From: Escherichia phage vB_EcoS_Sponge
Reading direction: 5' to 3' (one strand)
DNA: 44,887 bases
Sequence record: NC_073081.1
Positions 9,941 to 19,156 of the stretch are shown piece after piece (the first letter of the stretch is position 1; each line of letters starts with the position of its first letter). The position numbers and the translations under genes were made by a program. The notes under the pieces were generated by a model that was given only the letters and a program-made list of their open reading frames with translations, was not told the origin of the DNA and ran no database searches.

Positions 9941-10243
9941 ATGGCATTCGGTATCGCAACGTGGGACGCGCAAGGACGCCCAAACAACTACGGCATTAAA
10001 CCGGTAAGCGTGATCGGAAGGATTCATCTTGCGGAAGGACAAAAATCAGGCGCATGGTCATTCCCTGTACCGGCGGGGATGAAGGTCGGATACGTGGTCG
10101 CACTGGATAAAGGCGCGGTCGGGCCAGGACGCAGAATAACCGCCAGCGGGAACACTATCACTGTTTCCGCGGCAAGTGCGGTGGGTGGCGGGGTTTACTC
10201 CGCATCTGAATGTGACGTTATTGTTTTTGTGGAGCGAGCATAA
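9941..10243 (+). CDS. hypothetical protein (tail-associated region)
   Basis: 100-aa ORF, ATG 9941 with GAGG SD; no recognisable motif. Confidence 0.45.
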   Translation: MAFGIATWDAQGRPNNYGIKPVSVIGRIHLAEGQKSGAWSFPVPAGMKVGYVVALDKGAVGPGRRITASGNTITVSAASAVGGGVYSASECDVIVFVERA

Positions 10244-10917
10244 TGGCTAATTACGGCGCGTTGATTGACTTACCAAACGGCAACCCGTTTATCACGCCAG
10301 AATCGACGCCGTTTTGTCTATTCCGCCGTGTGGTTGTTGGGTCTTCGGCTAACGGCACTGCGCAGTCGGCGGCTGCCGATATTAATTTGGGCGGTGACTA
10401 CCCTGCAATAGCGTTTGTGAAAACTACGCACACCACCCAGCCGACCGTCGTAGGGTCTTCTCGCGTTGGTAATGTGGTGAAGGTGAGCGCCAGCAATCCA
10501 TTCGGGCAAGGCTTCACGATGACGGCTTACATCTTTGCCATATTCCCACAGACCCTTCCGCGGTGGGGCTTCGCTATTTGGGATAAGACGGGGAAGCTAG
10601 TGCTTACTAATGAGAGTCGCGTACTAAGCGATTTAGTTACCGTCGGATCGCCAGGCGCTAACGGGGGGATTAACATTGACCAGACGCTAAATGGCAGCTA
10701 CGCCGTCGCTCCAGGCATATTGGGGTCTACGCTGATCCGGTTTTTTGTGCAGGGCCAGCCGCAAGTAATATCGGTAACGGCGTACACGGGGGCCAGATTT
10801 GATGGGTCACGAACGCGTATATCGGCAGCGTCGTCGGGGAACGCCACGGGGGATGTGGTGGGGTATACTAACAACGGCAACGCGATTATGGCGATTAACA
10901 CGGCCAATTATGATTGA
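10243..10917 (+). CDS. hypothetical protein (tail-associated region)
   Basis: 224-aa ORF, TAATG overlap with upstream gene; Gly/Ser/Thr-rich, no recognisable catalytic motif. Confidence 0.45.
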   Translation: MANYGALIDLPNGNPFITPESTPFCLFRRVVVGSSANGTAQSAAADINLGGDYPAIAFVKTTHTTQPTVVGSSRVGNVVKVSASNPFGQGFTMTAYIFAIFPQTLPRWGFAIWDKTGKLVLTNESRVLSDLVTVGSPGANGGINIDQTLNGSYAVAPGILGSTLIRFFVQGQPQVISVTAYTGARFDGSRTRISAASSGNATGDVVGYTNNGNAIMAINTANYD

Positions 10918-10920
10918 AGA

Positions 10921-10943
10921 AAGCCCCGAAAGGGGCTTATTTG
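10921..10943. terminator. bidirectional hairpin terminator between convergent genes
   Basis: aagcccc-gaaa-ggggctt stem-loop followed by TTATTT on + strand; stop of the minus lipoprotein gene lies in the 3-prime arm. Confidence 0.5.
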
Positions 10944-11155
10944 CAGGTTGTGCTTTTGAAATGGTCTACAGACACGTACTGGAAGTTGAACGGGTACCCA
11001 GCCCGGAGCATTTTGTGCCCGCTAACGTCTGCAACCCCAAACACCGGGACGGAATACTCCATACCACTATTCATATATGTCGCGTCGCAGATTTTAGACG
11101 GCATACCTGCACAACCAGACAGAAGAACCGCACAAATCATAATTAAAGTTTTCAT
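10937..11155 (-). CDS. small lipoprotein, candidate receptor-blocking superinfection-exclusion protein (Llp/Cor-like by position)
   Basis: 72-aa ORF on the opposite strand inside the tail module; signal peptide with lipobox LLSGC; strong SD (AGGAG) before ATG 11155. Confidence 0.5.
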   Translation of the reverse strand: MKTLIMICAVLLSGCAGMPSKICDATYMNSGMEYSVPVFGVADVSGHKMLRAGYPFNFQYVSVDHFKSTTCK

Positions 11156-11234
11156 GTTATCATCTCCTATATTTGGTTGAGTTTAGTATTACACCGCTCA
11201 ACCGGGATTGCAACCAATTTATGAGGATTCAGCT

Positions 11235-13319
11235 ATGGCAGCGGGTACACTATCCGTAACGAATAACAGCAAGGCGGTTGTCGGGGTAGGCACGACGTTT
11301 ACCGCGTTTAAAGCTGGCGACTTCTTAACGCTGGTGGTAGGACAAGTACCCTACACCGTAGCGATTGCGTCCATTGAAAGCAACACTGCTCTTACTCTGG
11401 TGCTGCCGTTCGACGGCCCAACGGCGACCGGCCTTGCGTGGGACGGCGTTAAGCGCGATACCATGTCGCTGGCAACGATGGGCGTAACGGTCCAGGCGCA
11501 GAAAGCATTACGCTTGATGATCGCAGATGAAAACAACTGGCGTGCAATCTTCGGCGACGCTGAAGAAATCACGGTAACGCTACCGAACGGGCAAGTTATG
11601 CAGGGCATGTCGTGGGGATATTTGTCCTCCTTGCTGAAGGAAGTAGACCCCGTTGAGATGCGCAACCTTCAACAACAGGCCGAGACGGCGAAAAACCAAG
11701 CTGTTACCGCTAAGGGGCAGGCAGAATCGGCGCGCGACGCAGCTAATACGGCGAAGACTGGGGCGGAGACGGCACGCGACCAGGCTAACAATGCGAAGAC
11801 CGACGCGCAGACCGCAAAAGGCCAGGCCGAATCCGCGCGCGACGCCGCTAACACTGCGAAGACCGGGGCGGAGAATGCCCGCAACCAGGCACAAGGCTAT
11901 CGTGACGAGGCTGAAGGCTTTAAAAACCAGATTAACCCTTCGCAGTTTATGCAGAAGTCGCAAAACCTGAATGACGTTGCCGATAAAGCGAAGGCCCGCA
12001 CTAACCTGGCGTTAAATCGTTTCAACCAGCCGCGCGCCGATTTAACCGAGGTGTACTCTAACGACGACCGTACGGGGTACAAGCTGATTGTAAAAGATAA
12101 CGGCGACTGGGGTGCGATGAAACACGATGGTAGCGCGAATATGGCGCTAAGCATCGGTTTTGGTGGTACTGGCGGCAAGACCGGGGCTGAAGCACGTGCG
12201 TCGCTGAACGTATTTAAACGTGACCGAACATCACTAGGAGAGAGAGATCTGGATACTATCGACGGCAGCGGCGACGGTCCAGGGGTGTATTTCCAGGCGT
12301 CGTCAGCCGCGGCAACGTTAGCGCGCCACTACCCGGAAGCGACAGCGGGGATGCTGGAGGTATTCCAGCACGGGGCAAATGGTGAGTCGGGGGCTATCCA
12401 GCGCTACACGCCGTTTACGATCTTAGCTATTGCGCCGGAAGGCAGCCAGGAATATGCGCGCGCGGGAAAAGGCACATTCTATGTGCGGTCGAAAAACGGT
12501 AACGCCCCTAAATGGTCGCCGTGGTTGCCGTTTCAGACTGGTCTTTATGGTGGCGTTGTCAGTTATCCGGGTACGCAGGAGCGCTCAAGCTGGACGGATT
12601 ATGTCAACGTACTCGCACAACAACCAAGCAGCATGGGGACGTATAACATTCGTTCAGTAGGTTGGGTGAATGCCATCTCATCCCGACACCGTAACGGCAT
12701 CGGCGATGGCCGCAATTACGGTGTTGTTTTTGAGGATGGGCAAATGGCGGCTACCCACTACAAAAACGTAACAGTAAGAAAACAGGTAGCTGGTAACTGG
12801 ATTAACCCCGTCACGTTATGGCATACAGGAAACACCACGGTTGACAGCAACGGCTTTGTGAAGCGCGCATCCCCAATCGTGAAGGTGTTCGGGACCGGTG
12901 ATTTCGAGACTAACGACGAAAGCGAAGGATGCAAGGTCGAGAAAGTAGGCGTAGGAGAGTATCTCATCACCGGATGTATGGCGCTTAACGCTGATCTGGC
13001 CTGGGGTGGCGTGCGTGGCGGTATTGAGGTGCCGAGGGATATTAACGGTCAGCCTATTTTGTGGGTGGATTATGAAGTCAACGCAGACGGTAGTCTTCTG
13101 CTTAAGACGTTCCATCGTGAACATCACGACGCGCCGGTGTTCGCACGTAATACGGTGCCGGGTTACTCAAACGGCGACCCTATTGATATTCCTAACGATG
13201 TTTTTGTGTCAGTGCGTGTGGACATGCCAGAAGATTCGATTTACAACGTACGGGAGCGTGAGATGCGAGCGATTGCTGAGGTTGAGTTAGCAACGGGGGG
13301 TAAGGTGACCGAAGAGTGA
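11235..13319 (+). CDS. tail fibre protein
   Basis: 694 aa from ATG 11235 (GAGGA SD); track start 11208 is TTG. Contains Ala/Lys/Gln-rich coiled-coil repeats (GQAESARDAANTAKTGAE x2) typical of fibre shafts. Confidence 0.7.
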   Translation: MAAGTLSVTNNSKAVVGVGTTFTAFKAGDFLTLVVGQVPYTVAIASIESNTALTLVLPFDGPTATGLAWDGVKRDTMSLATMGVTVQAQKALRLMIADENNWRAIFGDAEEITVTLPNGQVMQGMSWGYLSSLLKEVDPVEMRNLQQQAETAKNQAVTAKGQAESARDAANTAKTGAETARDQANNAKTDAQTAKGQAESARDAANTAKTGAENARNQAQGYRDEAEGFKNQINPSQFMQKSQNLNDVADKAKARTNLALNRFNQPRADLTEVYSNDDRTGYKLIVKDNGDWGAMKHDGSANMALSIGFGGTGGKTGAEARASLNVFKRDRTSLGERDLDTIDGSGDGPGVYFQASSAAATLARHYPEATAGMLEVFQHGANGESGAIQRYTPFTILAIAPEGSQEYARAGKGTFYVRSKNGNAPKWSPWLPFQTGLYGGVVSYPGTQERSSWTDYVNVLAQQPSSMGTYNIRSVGWVNAISSRHRNGIGDGRNYGVVFEDGQMAATHYKNVTVRKQVAGNWINPVTLWHTGNTTVDSNGFVKRASPIVKVFGTGDFETNDESEGCKVEKVGVGEYLITGCMALNADLAWGGVRGGIEVPRDINGQPILWVDYEVNADGSLLLKTFHREHHDAPVFARNTVPGYSNGDPIDIPNDVFVSVRVDMPEDSIYNVREREMRAIAEVELATGGKVTEE

Positions 13320-13324
13320 AAGAA

Positions 13325-13348
13325 AGGGGCCGTGCGGCCCCTTTTTTT
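13325..13348. terminator. bidirectional intrinsic terminator between fibre gene and leftward operon
   Basis: aggggccg-tgc-ggcccct hairpin followed by T7 on + strand; convergent gene ends on both sides. Confidence 0.7.
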
Positions 13349-13922
13349 AGTTTGAGTTTTCCCAGTCCATTTTTCGCCGCACCAGCGGGCTTTCGTAATA
13401 TTCCTTACCGTCCACTTCCACCAAAGGCCAATCGTTCACGATCACGAATGGCTCCGCAATATCCTCGATCACGCCGCGCGCGCTATGTTGCCAGAACGAC
13501 ACCCCCACCAGAATAACACCGGCAACTCGACGAGTGAGATACTCGCGAGCGCAACGCGCCTCTACCAGTCCGCGACGGATGCCGCTGGTGGCTTTGACCT
13601 CATATGTCCATACGGCATCAATCATGTGTTCTTTGTAGTCGGGGCCGGACTTAACCTTGCGCTTGCCGACCATGATAATATCGCCGCGGTCGATAGTGTT
13701 AGCGCTAAACAGGCCAGTACGCATTAGCAAACCTTGTGGAATACAGCTACGCCCTCCCGCCTGCCCTTCGAGGTACATGCCTGCAAACATCTCGCCCAGC
13801 ACACCGACAAGACGGCTTTGCTTGCACGCGTCAGACTTGTATCGCCACTGGTCAAACTCGATGCTTGCTATCATTGCCGCCAGGTGGAATTGTTTACCCG
13901 ATATTTCATATTCGCCGTACAT
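13347..13922 (-). CDS. hypothetical protein with PD-(D/E)XK-like motif (putative nuclease)
   Basis: 191-aa ORF; segment SGPDYKEHMIDAVWTYEVK fits PD...(D/E)xK spacing; GAGGG SD. Confidence 0.4.
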   Translation of the reverse strand: MYGEYEISGKQFHLAAMIASIEFDQWRYKSDACKQSRLVGVLGEMFAGMYLEGQAGGRSCIPQGLLMRTGLFSANTIDRGDIIMVGKRKVKSGPDYKEHMIDAVWTYEVKATSGIRRGLVEARCAREYLTRRVAGVILVGVSFWQHSARGVIEDIAEPFVIVNDWPLVEVDGKEYYESPLVRRKMDWENSN

Positions 13923-13964
13923 TGTGTTGCCCTCATTGATGCGGGCCGAAGCCCGCGATTAGAG

Positions 13965-14486
13965 TTATTTAAGTGCGCCAGTCACCAGTGTTTTTTCCAT
14001 GTTACGGAAGTCTTCCGGCGTCAAGAGGATTTTAGATCCGTCTTCGCCGGTGAGTACGACCATAGGCTGTACGTCCTGATCTGCGATGCCAAAATTAGCG
14101 GCTTTAACCGTCTTGCCCTCAGATGAAGAAGGATGCCACGTCCCAGCGGAGGCGATGGGCCAACCTTTTAGGCTGTCGAATTGTGCTGCCGTTGTGTCGA
14201 TCTGAATCTCATCATGCACGGTCATGTAAGACTCGCCCAGCAGGGCGGCATACGCTACCAGGTCAACGATGTTATCTTCCTGGTGCTTACGGTGCTGGCG
14301 CACCAGCTTCAGGCAGATCAGGAAGGTCCAGGCTTCTTGCTCGGTAAGATCGCGCCCGGTAAGCGCGTTAAACACGGCGGCTACCTGTTTAGCGCTGCGT
14401 TCTTCTTTCGCGTTGTCATAGCCGTTTTCTTTCCCGCGCTGTTCCATAGTGGTGGCGGCGTTTTTGCAGTATTCGTATGCTTTCAT
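13965..14486 (-). CDS. hypothetical protein
   Basis: 173-aa ORF with AAGGA SD; no confident motif. Confidence 0.45.
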   Translation of the reverse strand: MKAYEYCKNAATTMEQRGKENGYDNAKEERSAKQVAAVFNALTGRDLTEQEAWTFLICLKLVRQHRKHQEDNIVDLVAYAALLGESYMTVHDEIQIDTTAAQFDSLKGWPIASAGTWHPSSSEGKTVKAANFGIADQDVQPMVVLTGEDGSKILLTPEDFRNMEKTLVTGALK

Positions 14487-14550
14487 GATGTTTTCCTTTT
14501 TAGTGGGAGGCGGTATTGCCTCCCGATGTGGTTAAGATACTGCAACCAAC

Positions 14551-15021
14551 CTATTGGTTGCGAGTGAATTTTGCAACGTTTATTGCGTAAATTTTCGGGA
14601 CTAAATCGCCGCACGCCCGACGAATTGCCGCGATGTTCTTCGGACAGTCTTCAATGATGACCAGTTCCGATACGTCCGCATAGCAGACCATTTTGAACAC
14701 AGCGCACGCCTTAAACTCTGGCGGCGGGGTGTCGTCCAGCATGTGGCGCATGAACAACCGGCCTCTAGGGAATACTTCCAATTGCTCGGCTGTGGTGCCC
14801 CGGCATTCTCGCTGCCGGTTGGTCAGGTACGCGATCTCGAAGCCTTGCTCTTTGTACATGGTCAGCAGCGGCAGCATATCCATGTTCAGATCTTCGCGTA
14901 CGTGCGCTCTGTGCCACTTCGCCCAAAAGGTGGATTTAGTTTTTATTCCCGGCACCAGGTCGGCGCGCGCATCGCTTGAACCGTTAATGACGCCATCCAA
15001 ATCACAAATCAGTAGTTTCAT
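14551..15021 (-). CDS. HAD-superfamily phosphatase (polynucleotide 3-prime-phosphatase / nucleotidase-like)
   Basis: N-terminal DxDGV motif (LICDLDGVI) characteristic of HAD hydrolases; GAGGA SD before ATG 15021. Confidence 0.6.
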   Translation of the reverse strand: MKLLICDLDGVINGSSDARADLVPGIKTKSTFWAKWHRAHVREDLNMDMLPLLTMYKEQGFEIAYLTNRQRECRGTTAEQLEVFPRGRLFMRHMLDDTPPPEFKACAVFKMVCYADVSELVIIEDCPKNIAAIRRACGDLVPKIYAINVAKFTRNQ

Positions 15022-15242
15022 TTTAATTCCTCAACCAAATCCGAACGAACAACTCTGGCGGAAAACTTGTTACACACAAGATGCCAATTTGCGGTTATGA
15101 CAAGCCAGCCGGTAAGGTCCAGACCCAGGATATATTCCGGACGTGACACTCGCTTCACACGATCGCGGCGTGGGTCGATGTTATAGTCTCTTTGCATTCG
15201 GTCTACTACCGCAGGGTCGCGGTCAACGATTAAGATATTCAA
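15018..15242 (-). CDS. hypothetical small protein (TTG start)
   Basis: 74-aa ORF; only TTG start at 15242, preceded by AAGGAG; overlaps the 3-prime end of the Dam gene by 20 nt. Confidence 0.3.
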   Translation of the reverse strand: MNILIVDRDPAVVDRMQRDYNIDPRRDRVKRVSRPEYILGLDLTGWLVITANWHLVCNKFSARVVRSDLVEELK

Positions 15243-15708
15243 GGAGTTCTCCTTCGCTCATTATTTCAATTTGTGCGCTGCCGATGGGTGGCGCTTCGTC
15301 AAAGATTATCAATTGCTGGCACTTGTTATTGCTAGGCCCGACTTCGCCGGTGACGGCGTGTATAAATCTAATCCGCCAGTCCAGAAGAATTATCAGGTTT
15401 GCAGTCTTCCGGGCCAGCTTCGCCCACTTCGTCGACGTGTCCTGATTCAGTAGCATGACAGTCCGGCGTCCGTGCGCTGCACACTCGACCCACGGCAGCG
15501 GATCGGAATACGGCGGATTGCACCACTTCCACCCTTTCAACTCTGACCAGTCCACATCAAGCGCGCTGTGCTCTGCCGTGAAGTAACGCGGTAGCAGATG
15601 GTTGGCGTCGCTTGCCGCCATATCGTAACGGAATCGGAACTTACGGCGCAGCGGTTTGAATAAAGCTGGCGGCGTGCGCCAGCTATCTTTTTGCTCACTC
15701 TTCTGCAT
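15223..15708 (-). CDS. DNA N6-adenine methyltransferase (phage Dam-like)
   Basis: WRTPPALF near N-terminus and catalytic NPPY motif (WKWCNPPYSD); 161 aa as typical for phage-type Dam. Confidence 0.8.
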   Translation of the reverse strand: MQKSEQKDSWRTPPALFKPLRRKFRFRYDMAASDANHLLPRYFTAEHSALDVDWSELKGWKWCNPPYSDPLPWVECAAHGRRTVMLLNQDTSTKWAKLARKTANLIILLDWRIRFIHAVTGEVGPSNNKCQQLIIFDEAPPIGSAQIEIMSEGELLEYLNR

Positions 15709-16159
15709 GACCTGGATCTATCGCGTATAAAGGGACTTTATTGCCGGTTTTCATAACGCGCTGGACGCGCTTTGACTCCTCGGCGCTCATTGGGCGCATA
15801 TCAGTGCTATAACCACCGTTTGATGTGTGCCGCCACGCTATCAGCACCAGATCTTTCCGGTCGATCTTAGACTGGCGGCCCTTCGGTCGCACGTACGCCT
15901 CGGCCCGTTTGCAATGCTCGCGCAGACATTCGGCAGTGATGCGGTTTAGCGCGACGGTGGTTGTGTACCCAGTGCGCTGCATAATACCCATCAACTCATA
16001 CAGCAGTTCGAAGCGCTCCTCTAATTCCTTGCGCGCCTTCTCCTCGCCTTCATAGCTCGCCAGGTAGGTGTCCGCCAGCGCGTTCGCGCGTTCGGCCTGT
16101 TCGCGGGCTTCGAGGCATTGCGCGGCCCAGTAATTTTTCTCTTCTTGTAAAATTTTCAT
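15695..16159 (-). CDS. hypothetical protein
   Basis: 154-aa ORF, GGAG SD, overlaps Dam start by 14 nt; predicted coiled coil at N-terminus. Confidence 0.45.
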   Translation of the reverse strand: MKILQEEKNYWAAQCLEAREQAERANALADTYLASYEGEEKARKELEERFELLYELMGIMQRTGYTTTVALNRITAECLREHCKRAEAYVRPKGRQSKIDRKDLVLIAWRHTSNGGYSTDMRPMSAEESKRVQRVMKTGNKVPLYAIDPGHAEE

Positions 16160-16402
16160 TTATTTAATCTCCGTAGTGCGGATTTCCTTGCGAGGAATAA
16201 ATTTGCCGTCTTTCTCGACCCAGCAAGTTCCGTAACGCCATTGGGTATTACGACCTGTTTGCTCGGCATATACGGTCTTGCATTCGTAGCGTTCCGTGTA
16301 GTAAATAGCCGCGGTAGGTACGAAAATACAAACGGCAAACATGAGGGTGAGTATCACCCAAAATCGAAGGTCGCCGTCGTAGTCGAAAAATAATGATCTC
16401 AT
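16160..16402 (-). CDS. small membrane protein
   Basis: 80-aa ORF with one hydrophobic segment (WVILTLMFAVCIFVPTAAIYY); stop abuts next start. Confidence 0.4.
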   Translation of the reverse strand: MRSLFFDYDGDLRFWVILTLMFAVCIFVPTAAIYYTERYECKTVYAEQTGRNTQWRYGTCWVEKDGKFIPRKEIRTTEIK

Positions 16403-16483
16403 TGTGTCGTCTCCGGGTATTAAAAAGGGCGTCCAAACCGGACACCCTCAATATAATGCAACCAATATGATTATGCAACCAAT

Positions 16484-16807
16484 TTACGCATAAAAGTTCG
16501 GGTCGCGTGCAACGTCTACCAGGTAAAGGTTGCTTATGCGGTTGCCGTAGTGCCCTGGAGTGCGCTGGCGGCACACAACGGCGAAGCCTGGAGGGATTGT
16601 ATTGCCCGTCTCAATAATCCACGCCACGCGTGCGCCGGACAGCGTCTTGCCGTTGCATTCGATACGTGTTCCGCCATCGGCAGTGTTGATGTTGCCAATT
16701 TTGCAGCCGGTGGATTTCAGGCGAATTACGCCGGTTTTGCTGTCGTAGGTGAATAGCTGGTTAGTCATTGCGACCGAAAAGTCGATGGCTTCGAATGAAG
16801 TATTCAT
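16484..16807 (-). CDS. HNH-type endonuclease-like protein (possibly degenerate)
   Basis: N-terminal F.YDSKTG.I.LK and C-terminal GNRISNLYLV resemble HNH_3-type homing endonucleases; the canonical His is not evident. Confidence 0.4.
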   Translation of the reverse strand: MNTSFEAIDFSVAMTNQLFTYDSKTGVIRLKSTGCKIGNINTADGGTRIECNGKTLSGARVAWIIETGNTIPPGFAVVCRQRTPGHYGNRISNLYLVDVARDPNFYA

Positions 16808-17499
16808 TTTAAATTTTCCTCGTTAACCGCTATCGCGAAGCCGCGCGGAGTGAGCGACCGGATTAATTTTGTGCGGGCTGATTTGCCTCCGAGGCGACTA
16901 TACTGCTTCGAGTACCCTTTTTCAACGAAAACAGGTCTCTTCTCGGGCATACGGAAGCCGTTGCCGGTCCATAAGCAGGTCAGCTTCGGATATGAGTCGC
17001 GGGCGTTGATGTATTCAGGGAACAACGGATGTACGTCATCCTCCGGCAGATATCCCCCATACTCCCACGGGTCGAACGAGTGATCAGGCTTGCGCCACTG
17101 GGTGGAAAGCACACTGCGCGGATTCTCAATCATATATGGCACTTCGAAGAAGTCACCCAGGTAAGCGGCGATCTTCGCGGTGCGCACCGCCTTAAGCTGA
17201 AAGGCTGGGTCTTTTGCACGCTTGCGCGGGAAAGCTGGAGCGCCGCTCACCGCCAGATCCGTGCACGGAGGGAACGCATAGATGATATCTGGCGTACCAA
17301 AATCGCCATTCATCGCGCGGTCCACGAAGTCCAGATCGATAAACTCATTGCGATACCGGATTCCGCGACCATAGATACGATAGTCAAGGTAAGACCCGTG
17401 ATCGGCTTCGGAGTAGTTAAAGCAATAACACTTATGCCCCATCTCGGCAGCACGCTCAATCATCAAACCGCTGCCGTCAAACAATGACCAGATTATCAT
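16804..17499 (-). CDS. compact DNA (cytosine-5)-methyltransferase-like protein
   Basis: Motif I-like LFDGSG, motif IV-like Pro-Cys (AFPPCTDLAVSG), motif VI-like ENP, C-terminal GFAIAV; only 231 aa; ATGA overlap with helicase stop. Confidence 0.55.
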   Translation of the reverse strand: MIIWSLFDGSGLMIERAAEMGHKCYCFNYSEADHGSYLDYRIYGRGIRYRNEFIDLDFVDRAMNGDFGTPDIIYAFPPCTDLAVSGAPAFPRKRAKDPAFQLKAVRTAKIAAYLGDFFEVPYMIENPRSVLSTQWRKPDHSFDPWEYGGYLPEDDVHPLFPEYINARDSYPKLTCLWTGNGFRMPEKRPVFVEKGYSKQYSRLGGKSARTKLIRSLTPRGFAIAVNEENLK

Positions 17500-18920
17500 T
17501 TGCGCGCCTTTTTAGCTTTCATGTATTCCATCAAGTCGTCTTGAATATCTCGCTTGCTGTCGCGACGCTCGGCGACCAATTCGTCCAGTGTCCCGCGCGC
17601 CTGGATAATGTAGACGAATACCGGTCGAGGGTGTCCGGCCTGCATCTGGCGAACCGGCCCGATACGTTCAACGATCTGCGAAAAGTGCTCAAAGTTCCAG
17701 GTATCGGAGAAGATTGCCAGGTGATGTCCGCCGTCCTGCAAGTTAAGGCCGTGGCCTGCCGATGCCGGGTGTGCAAACATGATGGGGATCTCGCCCCTGT
17801 TCCACGCTTCCATATCCTTATTGCCCTGCTTACCCTTACCCAACGCGACGCCGTGCGGAAATTTCTTCTTAAGACGTGCCAGGTCATGCTTATACTGATA
17901 CGCAACGAGCAACGGCGCGCCGTTCAACTCCTCCACGATACTTTCCAGCGCGTCCAGCTTCGCGTCGTGAATCTTCACCCACTCGTCGGTCCGTTCGCCG
18001 TCTTCATCCACCTTATACACAGCGCCGGAAGCAAGCTGAAGGCACTTAATTGTCTTCGACGCAGCGTTCGCCGCTTCCACTGTTCCGCTTTCCAGTTCGG
18101 CAAATAGCTCGCTTTCAAACTGGTCGTAAATCTTGCGGGCTTTCTTCGGCAGATCCACAACAACCGGCGTATATATTGGCTTGTCACATCCGAAGTATTC
18201 AGCCGCGTCAACGGTGAGGGATACATCAGACAGGCGTTGTTGTATTTCTTTCTCGGAGTTCTTTAGCGGGGCGTGCTGCATAGTGAAGCTGCCAGGCTTA
18301 ACCGGCTTGCTAATGAACCAGCGATCGGTAAATGCCTTATAACTACTGCCGAGTCGTTCGCCACCGTCGACAAACCACGTCTGACCCCATAAGTCTTTCA
18401 GCCCGTTTGGCGCTGGTGTGCCGGTCAGATTAATCCAGCGCTTGACGTGCTTATGTGCGATCGCCGCCAGTGCGCGTGCGCGCTTACTACCCTGCTTACT
18501 GCGGTAGCCTTTCAGCTTAGTGGATTCATCGGCAACAACGACCGTAAAGGGCCACGCATCGCCGTAATAGTCAACCAGCCACTCAACCACATCGTAGTTA
18601 ACACAAACCACGTTAGCGTCGCTCTCAAGCGCTGCAATACGGTCCTTCTCCGGCCCGGTGCCGTCTACGACCAGCAGGGATGAGAACCGCCATTTCTCCT
18701 GTTCCGGGGGCCAGGTGCCGGATGCAACGCGCAGCGGGGCCAGCACCAGTACGCGGTCCTCCTGGTTCGACAGGATGCCAGTCTGGAACATTTTATTCAG
18801 CGCCCACATTGTCGCGCCGGTTTTACCGGATCCCATTGTCGCCCATATATTACATCGCTTATGCTTGAGGATGAACGCGGTTATCAACTTCTGATATTCG
18901 CGGCGTCGGAATCTTGCCAT
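17496..18920 (-). CDS. SNF2/DEAD-like superfamily 2 helicase
   Basis: Walker A MGSGKTG, DEXH-like VVADESTKLK, C-terminal helicase region; start ATG 18920 (track start 19010 overlaps upstream gene). Confidence 0.8.
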   Translation of the reverse strand: MARFRRREYQKLITAFILKHKRCNIWATMGSGKTGATMWALNKMFQTGILSNQEDRVLVLAPLRVASGTWPPEQEKWRFSSLLVVDGTGPEKDRIAALESDANVVCVNYDVVEWLVDYYGDAWPFTVVVADESTKLKGYRSKQGSKRARALAAIAHKHVKRWINLTGTPAPNGLKDLWGQTWFVDGGERLGSSYKAFTDRWFISKPVKPGSFTMQHAPLKNSEKEIQQRLSDVSLTVDAAEYFGCDKPIYTPVVVDLPKKARKIYDQFESELFAELESGTVEAANAASKTIKCLQLASGAVYKVDEDGERTDEWVKIHDAKLDALESIVEELNGAPLLVAYQYKHDLARLKKKFPHGVALGKGKQGNKDMEAWNRGEIPIMFAHPASAGHGLNLQDGGHHLAIFSDTWNFEHFSQIVERIGPVRQMQAGHPRPVFVYIIQARGTLDELVAERRDSKRDIQDDLMEYMKAKKARK

Positions 18921-18924
18921 GTCT

Positions 18925-19149
18925 TTATTCCGCCTTTTTCCAGACTTCAGTTTCACTACCCCAGTTCCTCTTTGTGGCGTCGTAGTTGGTGGCGTGTCCG
19001 ACGTGGACACCGGTAGCCCGGAAGCTCTTAAATTTTTGCCAGCACACCGTCAACGGCAGCGGATCATTCATGCCTGCGATAAACCATACGCGATCGCCTG
19101 GTTTGCATTCGCCCAGCTTGGTGAGTCGGTAATGTTCTTTCATCGTCAT
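18925..19149 (-). CDS. hypothetical protein
   Basis: 74 aa from ATG 19149 with GGGAG SD immediately after a terminator-like hairpin; longer track ORF (to 19356) overlaps the upstream gene. Confidence 0.4.
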   Translation of the reverse strand: MTMKEHYRLTKLGECKPGDRVWFIAGMNDPLPLTVCWQKFKSFRATGVHVGHATNYDATKRNWGSETEVWKKAE

Positions 19150-19156
19150 GTCTCCC

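Noticed and set aside
14505-14524. GC hairpin as an intrinsic terminator
   Set aside because: No U-tract follows it on either strand; kept only as a structural observation.
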